Assembly: GCA_965248695.1 (NCBI GenBank)
Contig: CBDFKD010000002.1
Coordinates: 2,880,001 to 2,944,000 of the forward strand
Length of the DNA stretch: 64,000 nt
Origin: Acidobacteriota bacterium
GTDB taxonomy: Bacteria; Acidobacteriota; UBA890; WLXD01
Direction: 5' to 3'
How positions within the stretch are numbered: position 1 is the first letter of the stretch; every line of letters starts with the position of its first letter. Under the pieces are notes generated by a model. It saw nothing but the letters and a program-made list of their open reading frames with translations. It made no database searches and was not told where the DNA came from. Below are positions 30,468 through 40,600 of the stretch, piece after piece. The position numbers and the translations under genes are program-made.

Positions 30468-31775
30468 ATGAACGTGAGTCCATTGACTCGCCTCGGAGCG
30501 GCGCTACTGTTTGCCTCCGTCATCAACTGCGCGTCCCAGCCGGACCCAGTTCCGCCGGCTGACATTCTCATTGCCAACGCGCGGATCTGGGACGGCACCG
30601 GGGCAACGATCGGAAACGGTTCGGTGCTGATCACCGGTAGACGAATCACGTCGGTCACGCCGGGCGCGTCGAGCATCGCCGCCGCGGTCGAGATCGACGC
30701 CAGCGGGATGACCGTGCTTCCGGGGCTGATCGACACCCACCGTCACCTTCTCGCAACGCTGATGATGGACGCGAGGTTCGCGTCGTCTCCGGGTCCGGCC
30801 TTGGAGAACTGGCTCGAGAACGACCTTGCCGGTGCGCTGATCGCCTACCTCGAGGCCGGATTCACCTCGATTCTGTCGAACGGTGACTTCGTCCCCGAGA
30901 TACTCGACGTTCGGCAGCGCCTCGCGGACGGTGTACTCGTCGGCCCAAGGCTGCTCACGGCGGGGCCGGTGTTCACTGTTCCCGGCGGGCATCCAGCGAC
31001 AACGATCTGTGGATCTGATCCCTGGTGTCGAGATCGGCTAGCGGTCGAGGTTGACAACGCCGCAACAGCGCGTACGAAGGTCAGGGAGCTGCGCGAAGCC
31101 GGCATCGATGTCGTGAAAGTCGTCAACGACGGCGATCTGGGCGTCAGCATGGGCCCGAAGCTCGACGACGCAGTGCTCGCTGCGATTCTCGACGAGGCAG
31201 CGGAACTGGGCCTACTCTCGATGGTGCACGCGAACGGCGTCGACGACATGCTCCAAGCCGTCCGCCTCGGCGTACGCAGGCTCGTACATGCTCCGACGAG
31301 AGCGAGCGTAAGAGGTGTCACCGAGCCGCTGCTGGAGGCCGCGGTCATGGTGGCGACGACCGCATCGACCCACGCCGCCGTCATCGACGACTCCGGAGTG
31401 GCACGCACACCCTACGGACGCCCCTATGCACCAAGGAACAGGGCGCTGCTCGAGCAAAGGCTGTCGAACGTGCGTCAGCTTTGGGACGATGGCGTGCTGG
31501 TGGCGTACGGCACCGACCTTCCCTGGGGACCGCGTGAGAGCCTGGAGCTGGAAACCAGAACGCTCGGCGCCGTGCTGTCGTCGGTCGAGATCCTGCAAGC
31601 GCTCACTCGCAACGCGGCGCTCTACCTGGACATGGGAGCGGAGCTCGGCACGCTCGCTGCGGGCAAGATAGCCGATATTCTTGTCGTCGACGGTGACCCG
31701 GTTGCCGATATTTCCGCCCTGGCGAACGTACGCTTCGTGATCGAAGACGGCGAGATCGTCGTCGACAATCGCTGA
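30468..31775 (+). CDS. Metal-dependent amidohydrolase (imidazolonepropionase-like), probable lipoprotein
   Basis: PGLIDTHRH, VVKV, MVHAN, LVHAP, YGTD, GKIADILVVDGDP; AGGAGG RBS. Confidence 0.88.
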   Translation: MNVSPLTRLGAALLFASVINCASQPDPVPPADILIANARIWDGTGATIGNGSVLITGRRITSVTPGASSIAAAVEIDASGMTVLPGLIDTHRHLLATLMMDARFASSPGPALENWLENDLAGALIAYLEAGFTSILSNGDFVPEILDVRQRLADGVLVGPRLLTAGPVFTVPGGHPATTICGSDPWCRDRLAVEVDNAATARTKVRELREAGIDVVKVVNDGDLGVSMGPKLDDAVLAAILDEAAELGLLSMVHANGVDDMLQAVRLGVRRLVHAPTRASVRGVTEPLLEAAVMVATTASTHAAVIDDSGVARTPYGRPYAPRNRALLEQRLSNVRQLWDDGVLVAYGTDLPWGPRESLELETRTLGAVLSSVEILQALTRNAALYLDMGAELGTLAAGKIADILVVDGDPVADISALANVRFVIEDGEIVVDNR

Positions 31776-31858
31776 ACGGTCGGCCGTTCGCTTCCGGCGT
31801 CGCGCGGTTGTCCAACTCGGCCCGGCCGTTACCCGCGGATTCGAGTCCCGCTGTGGAA

Positions 31859-32010
31859 CTACGACCGGTCCAGGTTCCAGACGTCGACCTGGACTTGCCA
31901 CTCGCGTCGTCGTCCCGGGTCCAGACGATGACGAACGGCCCGGTGATCGTGGAGACGTCGGCACCACGGACGACCTCGTACTCGAAGCTGCCAACCAGGT
32001 TGGGGCCCAG
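31859..32010 (-). pseudogene. C-terminal relic of a DUF4440/SnoaL-like protein (frameshifted)
   Basis: GSFEYEVV...TITGPFVIVWTRDD, then a frameshift, then EWQVQVDVWNLDRS*. Confidence 0.5.
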
Positions 32011-32076
32011 GTGGATCCTTTCAGACCAGCCTCACAGAATCCGCCTCAGCATCGGTCCTCATGGTACGTTCGATCG

Positions 32077-33387
32077 GTGGATAACCAGCATCGGCACGAA
32101 AGCCACCGGCTAACTCGTCGTTTCCGAGCAGGACCGATCGTCGCCATGCTTTGCCTGCTGGTCGCCCGAGCGGAGTCTTCCCCTTTCTCCGGAAGAGCCT
32201 CTCTCAATGCGGTCGAGTTGCTGACGACGTTTTCCGGTGAGAGCGCTCAGAAGTACGCGCCGTTCTTCCGATTCGCGGAAGAAGCCAGAATCGTCGGTGT
32301 GGAGATCCACGCCGTCGGAACGGAGAGCACCACCGCCCGGTACTCCGGTAGGAACAGACCTTCGAAATCGATCAACAACATCTTGCGACTCACGACCGCG
32401 GACGGATTCGAGGGTGTATCCGGCGTGGCATCCTACGGACGAGAGTTCGACCGAGAGCATCTGGTGGAGTTGCAGGGCGTCGCCGCTGACCTCCTTGGCC
32501 TGCAGTCATTGGACCCGGTCGAGGTCGGGACGATGCTCGATCGAACGAAACCCGGCTTGAGCGATGCAGCTCGCTCGAGCATCGATATCGCACTGTGGGA
32601 TCTGGCGGCACGCAAGGCAGGCCTTCCTCTCTACCAGCTGCTGGGGGCGAAGCGGGATTCGATTGAGCCTTACGCCAGCCTGCCCTTCTACGAATCGCTT
32701 CCCGAGTACGTCGAGGCTGTCAACGAGTACGCCAAGCTCGGCTTCAGGGCTTTCAAGTTCCACGTCTGGGGTCTGATCGAGGAGGACTCCCGACTCGTGG
32801 AGCTGGTTCAGGAGACGTTTGCAGACTCTCCCTATCGCTTCATGACCGATCAGGAGGGAGCGTACAGCTTCGAGGAAGCCCTCAGGCTGGGTGGGGAAAT
32901 GGATGAGCGACTGTTTGTCTGGTTCGAGGCGCCCATCGACGACGAGCTTCTGGAGCAATACGCGGAGCTCAGGAGCAGGGTCGCGGTTCAGATCATTCCG
33001 GCTGGATACAGCATCTATTCTCCCGAGTTCATCAGGCAGGGGATCGAGGCCGGTTCATGGGATGCGGCCAGAGTCGATGCGACGGCGATCGGCGGGATCT
33101 CGAGAGTGCTCGAGATCCTGATGATCACCAACGAAGCTGACCTGCCAATCGAGATCCAAAGCTGGGGCCACTCGCTGGCCCAGGCAGCCAACCTCCACCT
33201 GATGCTGGCCAATGAGCGAACCCGGTACTTCGAGGCTCCGATGCCCAAGGAGGCCCATGAGTTCGGGATGAAGAACGGCAACTTGCTCGATCAGGGGCGG
33301 GCCGTTCCGCCGCAGAGACCCGGGCTGGGCATCGAGGTGGACTGGGATCGCCTGGCCACGGCAGATTTCTACGCCTACTCGAAGTAG
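32077..33387 (+). CDS. Mandelate racemase/muconate lactonizing enzyme family (enolase superfamily); start uncertain
   Basis: IDIALWDLAARKAGLPLYQLLG, AFKFH, MTDQE, WFEAP, PGLGIEVDW. Confidence 0.9.
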   Translation: MDNQHRHESHRLTRRFRAGPIVAMLCLLVARAESSPFSGRASLNAVELLTTFSGESAQKYAPFFRFAEEARIVGVEIHAVGTESTTARYSGRNRPSKSINNILRLTTADGFEGVSGVASYGREFDREHLVELQGVAADLLGLQSLDPVEVGTMLDRTKPGLSDAARSSIDIALWDLAARKAGLPLYQLLGAKRDSIEPYASLPFYESLPEYVEAVNEYAKLGFRAFKFHVWGLIEEDSRLVELVQETFADSPYRFMTDQEGAYSFEEALRLGGEMDERLFVWFEAPIDDELLEQYAELRSRVAVQIIPAGYSIYSPEFIRQGIEAGSWDAARVDATAIGGISRVLEILMITNEADLPIEIQSWGHSLAQAANLHLMLANERTRYFEAPMPKEAHEFGMKNGNLLDQGRAVPPQRPGLGIEVDWDRLATADFYAYSK

Positions 33388-33492
33388 AGCGGTCGCCGCG
33401 GTTCCGACGAGCTGGTCTCAGCAATGGATTGCGCTGAGCACTAACGCGTCTTCCAGAGTGAGCTCGTACCCAACTCGCACAGGAGCGTAGCG

Positions 33493-34791
33493 ATGATCCG
33501 AGGGAGTTTCCGCCTGTTGACCGGACGGCTACTCATCGCCGCGGGCGGAGCGGCATCTCTAGACCTCGGTTGTTGCTCTGCGGCCGCGGCTCAAAGAACA
33601 CCGTTCCTCACGACGCGGCAGGCGCTAACTCTCCTGAGCGCGAACGATGGCGCTTCACTCAGCCGATGGGGTGGCGCCGACGTCCCCAGCGAGGCCGACG
33701 CAATGCCCGACTCCATCACCGTGATTCACCTCGGTCCAGACCACCCGCCCGTCACGACCACCGTGTATGGAACTGTGCCCAACACGATCTACGGGTCTCC
33801 TCACATGGCTATCGCCGGCGCCGGTCGATACGGTTTCGTGACCAACCACTCGTGGCGCTTCGAACCAGAGACGGGTCAAGCTGGTAGTGCCGCCGCGCTG
33901 CCCTCCTATCGAGCCGACATCCTGAGCGTCATAGACCTCTCCACCGACAACCTCGCGGTGGTGGATCGGATCGAACTACCGCCGAATCCATGGATGGCGG
34001 TGACCCACCCCGATGGAGAACGGGTGTTCGTCGCTGGAGGATCGAGGTTCCACATCTTTCGTGTCGTGGATGAGGGAATCCAACGCGTCGCCGAGATTGA
34101 AACCCCGGTAACGATCAGCTCGTTCGACATCAGCCCCGACGGCAGGTTGCTCCTCGGTACAGGCACTTCGGAGTCCGGTGCCGACGACGCATCGCCCTCC
34201 GACCTTCCAGGAGGGATCTTTCTGTTTCGCATTCGCGGCAATGATCTCGAGTACCTGCACGAGGTTGAGCCAGACGAGGGGATCGTGATTGACGGCCCGT
34301 TTTCCCCTCGTTTCGACCCGCGAGGCCGGCTGGCGATCGTCTTGAATGGGCTCGGGCTGTCGGCAAAGGGCAGGCTCGACGACGTTCTGCTCGTCGACAT
34401 GACGCTCGAGCGACCTCGCGTTACCGCTGCTATTCCCGATGTCGCCGATGGCCTGGAGAGCGTGGCCTTTCATCCGGATGGCGACATGGCCGTCGTATCC
34501 TGCCTGGGTTACGCCAACGGTATTCCCGAGGACTCCACGCTGGTGAGCCATCTGGCTGTCATAGACCTGTCAACCGATCGAGCAAGCTTGCTCTACTACC
34601 TTCCCATCGAGCCGATTCCAGAGGGAATCGAGTTCACGCCCGACGGGACGCAGCTCTTCGTCGGCACGACGTTCGCGAATCACATCGCCGTCTATGAGGT
34701 GGACGGACGGATGCTCACCAGAAACCCGTTCGTCCTGAGAACCGGTCACGGCCCATCGTCGTTGGCTTTGGCAGCGAGATTTGGGCGCTGA
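33493..34791 (+). CDS. Secreted beta-propeller protein (YncE/lactonase-like)
   Basis: Repeated HPDG/SPDG/TPDG blade motifs and an N-terminal signal-like segment. Confidence 0.7.
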   Translation: MIRGSFRLLTGRLLIAAGGAASLDLGCCSAAAAQRTPFLTTRQALTLLSANDGASLSRWGGADVPSEADAMPDSITVIHLGPDHPPVTTTVYGTVPNTIYGSPHMAIAGAGRYGFVTNHSWRFEPETGQAGSAAALPSYRADILSVIDLSTDNLAVVDRIELPPNPWMAVTHPDGERVFVAGGSRFHIFRVVDEGIQRVAEIETPVTISSFDISPDGRLLLGTGTSESGADDASPSDLPGGIFLFRIRGNDLEYLHEVEPDEGIVIDGPFSPRFDPRGRLAIVLNGLGLSAKGRLDDVLLVDMTLERPRVTAAIPDVADGLESVAFHPDGDMAVVSCLGYANGIPEDSTLVSHLAVIDLSTDRASLLYYLPIEPIPEGIEFTPDGTQLFVGTTFANHIAVYEVDGRMLTRNPFVLRTGHGPSSLALAARFGR

Positions 34792-35129
34792 AGTCTCGTC
34801 ACCACCCCAGTTTTTTCACAACACACTAACGAAGTTCCCCAAGGCAACCTCTCCATGGCAGAGCGGTAATGTAATATCGCTCTTACTGCCCTGGTGTGGC
34901 CTGATACCAGCGCCTAGGGTGATAAGGCGCTCCGACGAGCGACGAGCGGTTTCTGGCCGGTGCCCCGGCCCCGGCGGACCCTCACGTGCCTCAGCGATAG
35001 GCTTCAGGCGCTCACCTACCCTGCTTGGGGAGCGCATGGACCCGGCACCTGATGGGCCACTACGAGATCCTCGCCCTGCTATGACTTTGACCGAGATACA
35101 TCCGACTGACGTTTTATGGGAGATCAGCA

Positions 35130-36713
35130 ATGTCAGAACAAGCTAGCTCAACAGTTTGTGTCGACGATGAGAGCCTCACATCAGTCTCAGAACAACCCAA
35201 ACAACTCAAATACTGTGTGAATGGTGCGTGGCTCACATCCAACACCGACACCTATATGGACTGCTACAACCCATCTACGGGCGAGATCATTGCTAAGGCT
35301 CCGCAATGTACAGCAGAAGAGGTGAACTCAGCAGTCGCGGCCGCCACGGCAGCTTATCCGGGATGGTCCAATACCCCAGTGGTCCGACGTGTTCAGGTGC
35401 TGTTCAAGCTCAAGACGCTCCTCGAACAGCACCTGGATGAACTGACTGAGCTGTTGGCCCGAGAAATGGGCAAAGCATGGGATGAAGCGAAGGGCGACGT
35501 CCTAAAAGTGATTGAAGTCGTCGACTTTGCCTGTGGTATGCCGCATCTCATGAAGGGCGAGTCCCTGATGGATTGCAGCACAGATTACGATACGACGATG
35601 TATCACCATCCAGTGGGTGTCTTCGCTGGAATCGCCCCTTGGAATTTTCCCGCGATGATCCCCCAGGGTTGGATGGCTCCGATCTGTATCGCCGCGGGAA
35701 ATTGTTTCGTACTGAAAGCCGCCAGCTTCGTTCCTCAAACATCAATGCGAATCACGGAGCTATGGTATGAGGCGGGGCTCCCCAAAGGTGTTTTGAACAT
35801 CGTAACGACCAGCCGGAATGAAGCGGAACTGTTACTCGAGCATCCAGATATCGCTGGGGTTACTTTCGTTGGCTCAACCAAAGTTGGTCGGCATATCTAC
35901 TCGACAGCCGCCGCCAACGGCAAGCGGGTTCAAGCTCTGACCGAGGCCAAGAACCACGCCCTGGTATTGGAAGACTGTGTGCTGGAAAGGACAGCCAAAG
36001 GAATTGTCAACGCGTTCTCTGGCTGTGCCGGCCAACGGTGCATGGCTCTGCCGGTTATTTGTGTTGAAGAGAGCATTGCCGACAGGTTGGTTGAATCTCT
36101 GGTGAGACTCTGTTCCGAAGTGACGCTGGGACCGGCCTATGAACGAAGCACTGGGATCGGTCCGCTAGTGAACAAGGGACATTTGAACCACGTGAGCGAT
36201 TGGATTCAAACGGGTGTTGACGAAGGGGCCACACTCGTTCTTGATGGTCGACAGCCTGACGTGCCGGGATACGAAGACGGCTTCTATATGGGACCGACCA
36301 TCTTCGATCACGTGACTGAGGAAATGGCCGTTGGGCGGGATGAGATCTTTGGGCCGGTGATTTGCATAAAGCGTATCCAGAACTTTGAAGAAGGTCTGGA
36401 GATCATGAACAACAGTGAGTTTGCCAACGGTTCCGCGATCTATACTCAAAGCGGCTACTACGCCCGTGAGTTTTCCAAGCGAAGCCATGGTGGCATGGTT
36501 GGTGTGAACGTTGGTATTCCGGTCCCATTGGGCATCTTCGGTTTCACTGGACAGAAACAATCATTCTTCGGTGACTTACATACGATGGGGAAAGATGGGG
36601 TGAGGTTCTTTACCGAACTGAAATGTGTCACCACCACCTGGTTTACGGAAGCAATGGCCTCGGACCAGGTCAATACCTGGGACGGAACCATTGACATTGG
36701 ATCAGACGACTGA
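35130..36713 (+). CDS. mmsA: CoA-acylating (methyl)malonate-semialdehyde dehydrogenase
   Basis: PWNFPAMIP, FVGST, AKNH, GCAGQRCMA, EIFGPV, GMVGVNVGIPVP, SFFGDLH; visibly more AT-rich. Confidence 0.92.
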   Translation: MSEQASSTVCVDDESLTSVSEQPKQLKYCVNGAWLTSNTDTYMDCYNPSTGEIIAKAPQCTAEEVNSAVAAATAAYPGWSNTPVVRRVQVLFKLKTLLEQHLDELTELLAREMGKAWDEAKGDVLKVIEVVDFACGMPHLMKGESLMDCSTDYDTTMYHHPVGVFAGIAPWNFPAMIPQGWMAPICIAAGNCFVLKAASFVPQTSMRITELWYEAGLPKGVLNIVTTSRNEAELLLEHPDIAGVTFVGSTKVGRHIYSTAAANGKRVQALTEAKNHALVLEDCVLERTAKGIVNAFSGCAGQRCMALPVICVEESIADRLVESLVRLCSEVTLGPAYERSTGIGPLVNKGHLNHVSDWIQTGVDEGATLVLDGRQPDVPGYEDGFYMGPTIFDHVTEEMAVGRDEIFGPVICIKRIQNFEEGLEIMNNSEFANGSAIYTQSGYYAREFSKRSHGGMVGVNVGIPVPLGIFGFTGQKQSFFGDLHTMGKDGVRFFTELKCVTTTWFTEAMASDQVNTWDGTIDIGSDD

Positions 36714-38939
36714 GCTGACGAAGGGCTCGTCGTCCAGGAAGCGCCGAACCACATTCTCCGAGATCCGGGACACGTTGTTGTCGTAGCCATTGTGCGGAAG
36801 GCTCGCGCCCCAAGCGATGGATCCAACGGAGAACACGGCACCGCCTCCAGGCGTTTCGAAGAACGTCATGTCGGCGCGAATGTCGGGGTTCTGTATGCCA
36901 TCCATGGCGCTGTGGTGAAAACCGGTCTCGTCTGGCACCAGGTAGGTGTTTTCGGTGTGACCTTCGGAACTTGCGACGACCAGGGCATGGGAAGGCGTTC
37001 CCAGCAGAGGGTCCACCGCATCGATTTCTGAGCCGCTGGCGCCGCCGCCCTTGATTCCGAAATCGCCGATCACTTCATCGTCGCCGATCCCCGCGAACAT
37101 GAAGCTGACGCGAGGGTCGAAGCTCGCCTCTTGGCGCACGTAGTAGCCGGAAGCGTCAAACCCGACGGCGACCGTGCCTACGCCCACCAGAGCCTGTGGT
37201 GCCATGCCGAGGCGTCGCCACAAACCGCCGTATTCTCCAGTGAACTCCAGGTACGACTCACCGGGTTCCTCGTCGCGATAACGAATGCCGTCTTCAGGCC
37301 GGCGCAACTCGACCACGCCGGGCATTGCCGATGACAAGGCGCAGCGCCAGATGAAGCCGTTGCCGCCCAGATAGATCAGACGACCTTCTCGGGCGAGATA
37401 CGCGCGCAACCCATCCCACATCGGGGTCGTGAAGTACTCAGGATGAGTACCGGTCAGCACGGCCTGGTATCCATCGAGCAGCGCGGCACCTTCCTGGTGA
37501 AGGTCCTCGTCGGTGATCACGTCGTACTCGATACCCTGACTCTGTAGCCAACCCAGGATGTGGGTGTCGGCATTGAAGCTCCACAAGGGTGTCTTCGGCG
37601 CCATGTTGAGCACCGGACGCAATCTCGACGCATAGCGCACGCCGCTGCCGTCAGAATGGGTGTCGTAGGTCGACAACCCGACCTCGTTGTGCTCCTGCAG
37701 GAACACGTCGCCTTTGTCCAGCGTGGTCCACACGGCCTCCGCCACCTCGCAAAAACGCTCATGGAACAGCCAGTGGTAGTTCGCGTATGCCATGTAGGTA
37801 ACCGTGGAGGCCAGGAAAGCGAGCTTTGAAGTGGTGGTACCCCTCGGTGGTCGAACGAAGAAGGTGACGTACGACTCGTCGTCATCGGTCTTCAGGCGCA
37901 CCGCGTAGACACCACTCCGGAGGTCATCGGGCACGGTGTATTCGAAGTCCGTCTCCCATCCGGCGTCGTAGAGATCGTCGTCGTGGAAGTGGATAGCGCC
38001 GTATTCCTGCGGTGCGTGACGCCAACTCTGCTCGTTGCCGCTCCAGTTGAAGCCTTTGCAGCCGCGCGAAGGCAGGTTGACGGTTTCGCCGTGAAGGCGG
38101 TTGGGGCCGACATCGTGTATCGCGCACCCACCGATATCGCGTGAGAAATCCCAGGCAGCGATCACCTGGGTATCGCCTTCAGTGGCTAGAGCATCCCAGC
38201 CTGTCAACGAGCGTTCCGCCGGAGACAGCGACCGAGCGATCAGCCGCGGCCGATCGATCTTGCCGTTGTAGTGGCATCGAGAGCCCGTTTTCGCGGTCGG
38301 CAACGTCTTCGGCAGCGCTGCAAACATGAGCGGCGCGTTCGACTCGATCACCGCACCCAGTTCGACCTGGCTCGTCGCATCGACGCCCCTGTGGCTTTCA
38401 TGGTCGACATTGAGGGGCTCCTGGCAGACGCTCAGCTCGCCCGTCGAGGCATCGTACGACCCGCTGACCAGATGCCAGCGCCGCATGGCCAGGGGCACAC
38501 CGGTGCTGATCTCGGCGACGTTGCCGCCACCGTCGCCCACCCGCATGGTCAGCGCGCCGGCACCGTTGATCAAGAGGGCGAACCCGAGGCCTGGATCATC
38601 CTGCCAGCGGGCCATGAGACCCTGCTCGCCCTTGTGCGGTGTAGTCGGCCAGATCCATGCCTGAACGGTGAAGCTATCGAGCGCTGCAAGCTCAGGGGAA
38701 CCGAGCACCAGTGCGTAGGAACCGCAGTCGATCGGCTGCGACCGGGCCGCGTACTCGCCGCTGAACGGTGCTTCGATTGCTTCGTCGCGATAGAGATTGC
38801 GGTCGGGGTCGTCGTCACCGCAGATGACTCGAACCAGATCGGCTCGATAGCGCTCAGGACCATACGTGCCCACCATGATGCTGAGCGTCTCCCCCGGTGC
38901 GACGCTCCACACATTGCTGTATCCCAGGATCGTCTTCAT
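36702..38939 (-). CDS. N,N-dimethylformamidase large (beta) subunit family protein
   Basis: GAIHFHDDDL.D.GW, TYMAYAN, GLSTYDTHSDGSG, GTHPEY, YLGGNGF, GSEID, GGAVFSVGSI. Confidence 0.9.
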   Translation of the reverse strand: MKTILGYSNVWSVAPGETLSIMVGTYGPERYRADLVRVICGDDDPDRNLYRDEAIEAPFSGEYAARSQPIDCGSYALVLGSPELAALDSFTVQAWIWPTTPHKGEQGLMARWQDDPGLGFALLINGAGALTMRVGDGGGNVAEISTGVPLAMRRWHLVSGSYDASTGELSVCQEPLNVDHESHRGVDATSQVELGAVIESNAPLMFAALPKTLPTAKTGSRCHYNGKIDRPRLIARSLSPAERSLTGWDALATEGDTQVIAAWDFSRDIGGCAIHDVGPNRLHGETVNLPSRGCKGFNWSGNEQSWRHAPQEYGAIHFHDDDLYDAGWETDFEYTVPDDLRSGVYAVRLKTDDDESYVTFFVRPPRGTTTSKLAFLASTVTYMAYANYHWLFHERFCEVAEAVWTTLDKGDVFLQEHNEVGLSTYDTHSDGSGVRYASRLRPVLNMAPKTPLWSFNADTHILGWLQSQGIEYDVITDEDLHQEGAALLDGYQAVLTGTHPEYFTTPMWDGLRAYLAREGRLIYLGGNGFIWRCALSSAMPGVVELRRPEDGIRYRDEEPGESYLEFTGEYGGLWRRLGMAPQALVGVGTVAVGFDASGYYVRQEASFDPRVSFMFAGIGDDEVIGDFGIKGGGASGSEIDAVDPLLGTPSHALVVASSEGHTENTYLVPDETGFHHSAMDGIQNPDIRADMTFFETPGGGAVFSVGSIAWGASLPHNGYDNNVSRISENVVRRFLDDEPFVSSVV

Positions 38940-39269
38940 TTAATCAACTCCTGGGCCTTGGCACTCGATCCCTGGCAGGTCTGTCCCGGTCACCGTTCGC
39001 CAGCGCCTCTTGAAGACCTCCCACACACCTTCGCCGTAGTCGTCAAAGACCTGGTCCTCGAACAGCTCCAGCCTGGCGCCGCGTTCCGACGGCATTCTTG
39101 CCAGCGTCCACTGGCGGCCACGCTCCGTGCACACGAGAATATGGCGATCGGCCATCGGCATGACTCGAAGCCGGTTCACCACCAGGGTGAGCTCAGCGCT
39201 GTGAGGTCCGCCGGGGTTGTTGCGAAATTCTTCCGCGAGATCCGTTCTCGAAGGATCGATTTCATACAT
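38940..39269 (-). CDS. N,N-dimethylformamidase small (alpha) subunit-like protein
   Basis: 109 aa directly upstream of the beta subunit; EEFRNNPGGPHSAEL...WEVFKRRW pattern. Confidence 0.75.
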   Translation of the reverse strand: MYEIDPSRTDLAEEFRNNPGGPHSAELTLVVNRLRVMPMADRHILVCTERGRQWTLARMPSERGARLELFEDQVFDDYGEGVWEVFKRRWRTVTGTDLPGIECQGPGVD

Positions 39270-39374
39270 CAGACGCTCCTGGATCCGACGGTCACAAAGC
39301 AGCGGTCAGGGAACTCAAGGAGACCATCATTGGGAATCAATCGCGATCGTGCCCTGGAGGAATGCCAGCCCGAG

Positions 39375-40574
39375 ATGGAGTTGGCGTTCAGCCTGGAAGA
39401 GTTCGAGCATCGTCTGCAGCGCATACGGGCGCGCATGCAGAACGAAGACATCGATGTCCTGTGGCTCATGGCTCCCGAGAGCCTCTACTACGTGAGCGGC
39501 TACAAGTGCATCTGGTATCAGGCACAAGGCCCGAAACAATGGCCCGCCACCAGCGGAATCGCAATTCACAAGGACCGTGACGACTTCATCCTGTTCGACA
39601 CGCCGAGCGAGAGGATCATGTGCCGCTTCGTGACGTGTGCCAAGGACATCCGGATCTTCCCGATAGGGGGGCGTCGCGATGGCATCTCGTTCATCACCGG
39701 CGAGCTGAAGTCACTGGGCTGGTTGTCTTCCGGCACGGTCGGAATGGAGTTTCACAGCTATCGGCCCAATCCCACCATCAGCAAACGGTTCCGGGGCGCC
39801 TTCGAGAGCGCTGGCATGAGCGTGACGGACGGCAGCGATATCTTGCGCGAGCTCCGTTGGGTCAAATCGGTGGCCGAGATCGCGTGTCTCGAGAAGGCCT
39901 CGGAGATCACCGACATCGGTTTGCAGGCGGCGCGGGATGCCATCCGGCCCGGCGTCACCGAGCTGGACGTCTACGGCGAGATCGCCACCGCCATGGCCAA
40001 GGCTGGCGGAGAGAACCCGGGGCTCACACTGCCGGTGAACTCAGGGCCGAAGGCTAATTGCGGCCATGCGCTGGCCAGCCGCAAGGTCATCCAGGCCGGT
40101 GAACAGGTCAACGTCGACGTCAGTGGCGTGTTCAACCGGTATCACTCCAACGCGGGACGGTCCTTTCATGTCGGCGAGCCCGCCAAGGACGTCCTCGAAT
40201 ATCACCGGCTATCGACTGGCGTTTTCGACGTAATCGCCGACATCCTTCGCCCGAACCTGCCGGTCGCGGAGCTCGTCACCAGGACCCGGGCCTACTACGA
40301 CGAGGTCGGCATCTGGTCTGATGCCGCCTGGGTCGGCGGGTACGAGCTCGGCCTCGCCTTCCCGCCCGACTGGGTCGGCAACTACGTCTACGAGATGACC
40401 GATACCGAGACGGGCCGGCTCCTGGAGCCTGCCACGGTGGTCAATTTCGAGAGCCAGTTCTTCTCGCCGCGCATGTCTGGAATCACGTACTACATCGATA
40501 CGCTGATGTTCAAAGCAGACACTGCGTTTCAACCTCTGGAATCGCCGCTGGATCTGGTTGTGGTCGGAACCTAG
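39375..40574 (+). CDS. M24-fold hydrolase, ectoine hydrolase (DoeA)/creatinase-like
   Basis: FSLEEFEHRL, YYVSGY, RWVKSVAEI, RYHSNAGR, GYELGLAFPPDW. Confidence 0.82.
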   Translation: MELAFSLEEFEHRLQRIRARMQNEDIDVLWLMAPESLYYVSGYKCIWYQAQGPKQWPATSGIAIHKDRDDFILFDTPSERIMCRFVTCAKDIRIFPIGGRRDGISFITGELKSLGWLSSGTVGMEFHSYRPNPTISKRFRGAFESAGMSVTDGSDILRELRWVKSVAEIACLEKASEITDIGLQAARDAIRPGVTELDVYGEIATAMAKAGGENPGLTLPVNSGPKANCGHALASRKVIQAGEQVNVDVSGVFNRYHSNAGRSFHVGEPAKDVLEYHRLSTGVFDVIADILRPNLPVAELVTRTRAYYDEVGIWSDAAWVGGYELGLAFPPDWVGNYVYEMTDTETGRLLEPATVVNFESQFFSPRMSGITYYIDTLMFKADTAFQPLESPLDLVVVGT

Positions 40575-40600
40575 CCAGGCGACGAGAGGGAGGATTCGAA

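Noticed and set aside
31831-31862. tRNA-like T-arm (GCGGATTCGAGTCCCGC...ACTAC), possible att scar
   Set aside because: No D-arm, anticodon arm or CCA, a mismatch in the stem, and no integrase nearby. It may just be a hairpin between convergent genes.
34808-35030. IS-end-like TTTTTTCACAACACACTA and small hairpins upstream of mmsA
   Set aside because: No partner end or transposase, and no riboswitch consensus recognisable.
38271-39374. N-terminal 368 codons of the 767-aa ORF
   Set aside because: Antisense shadow of the DMFase genes; homology starts at MELAFS (39375).
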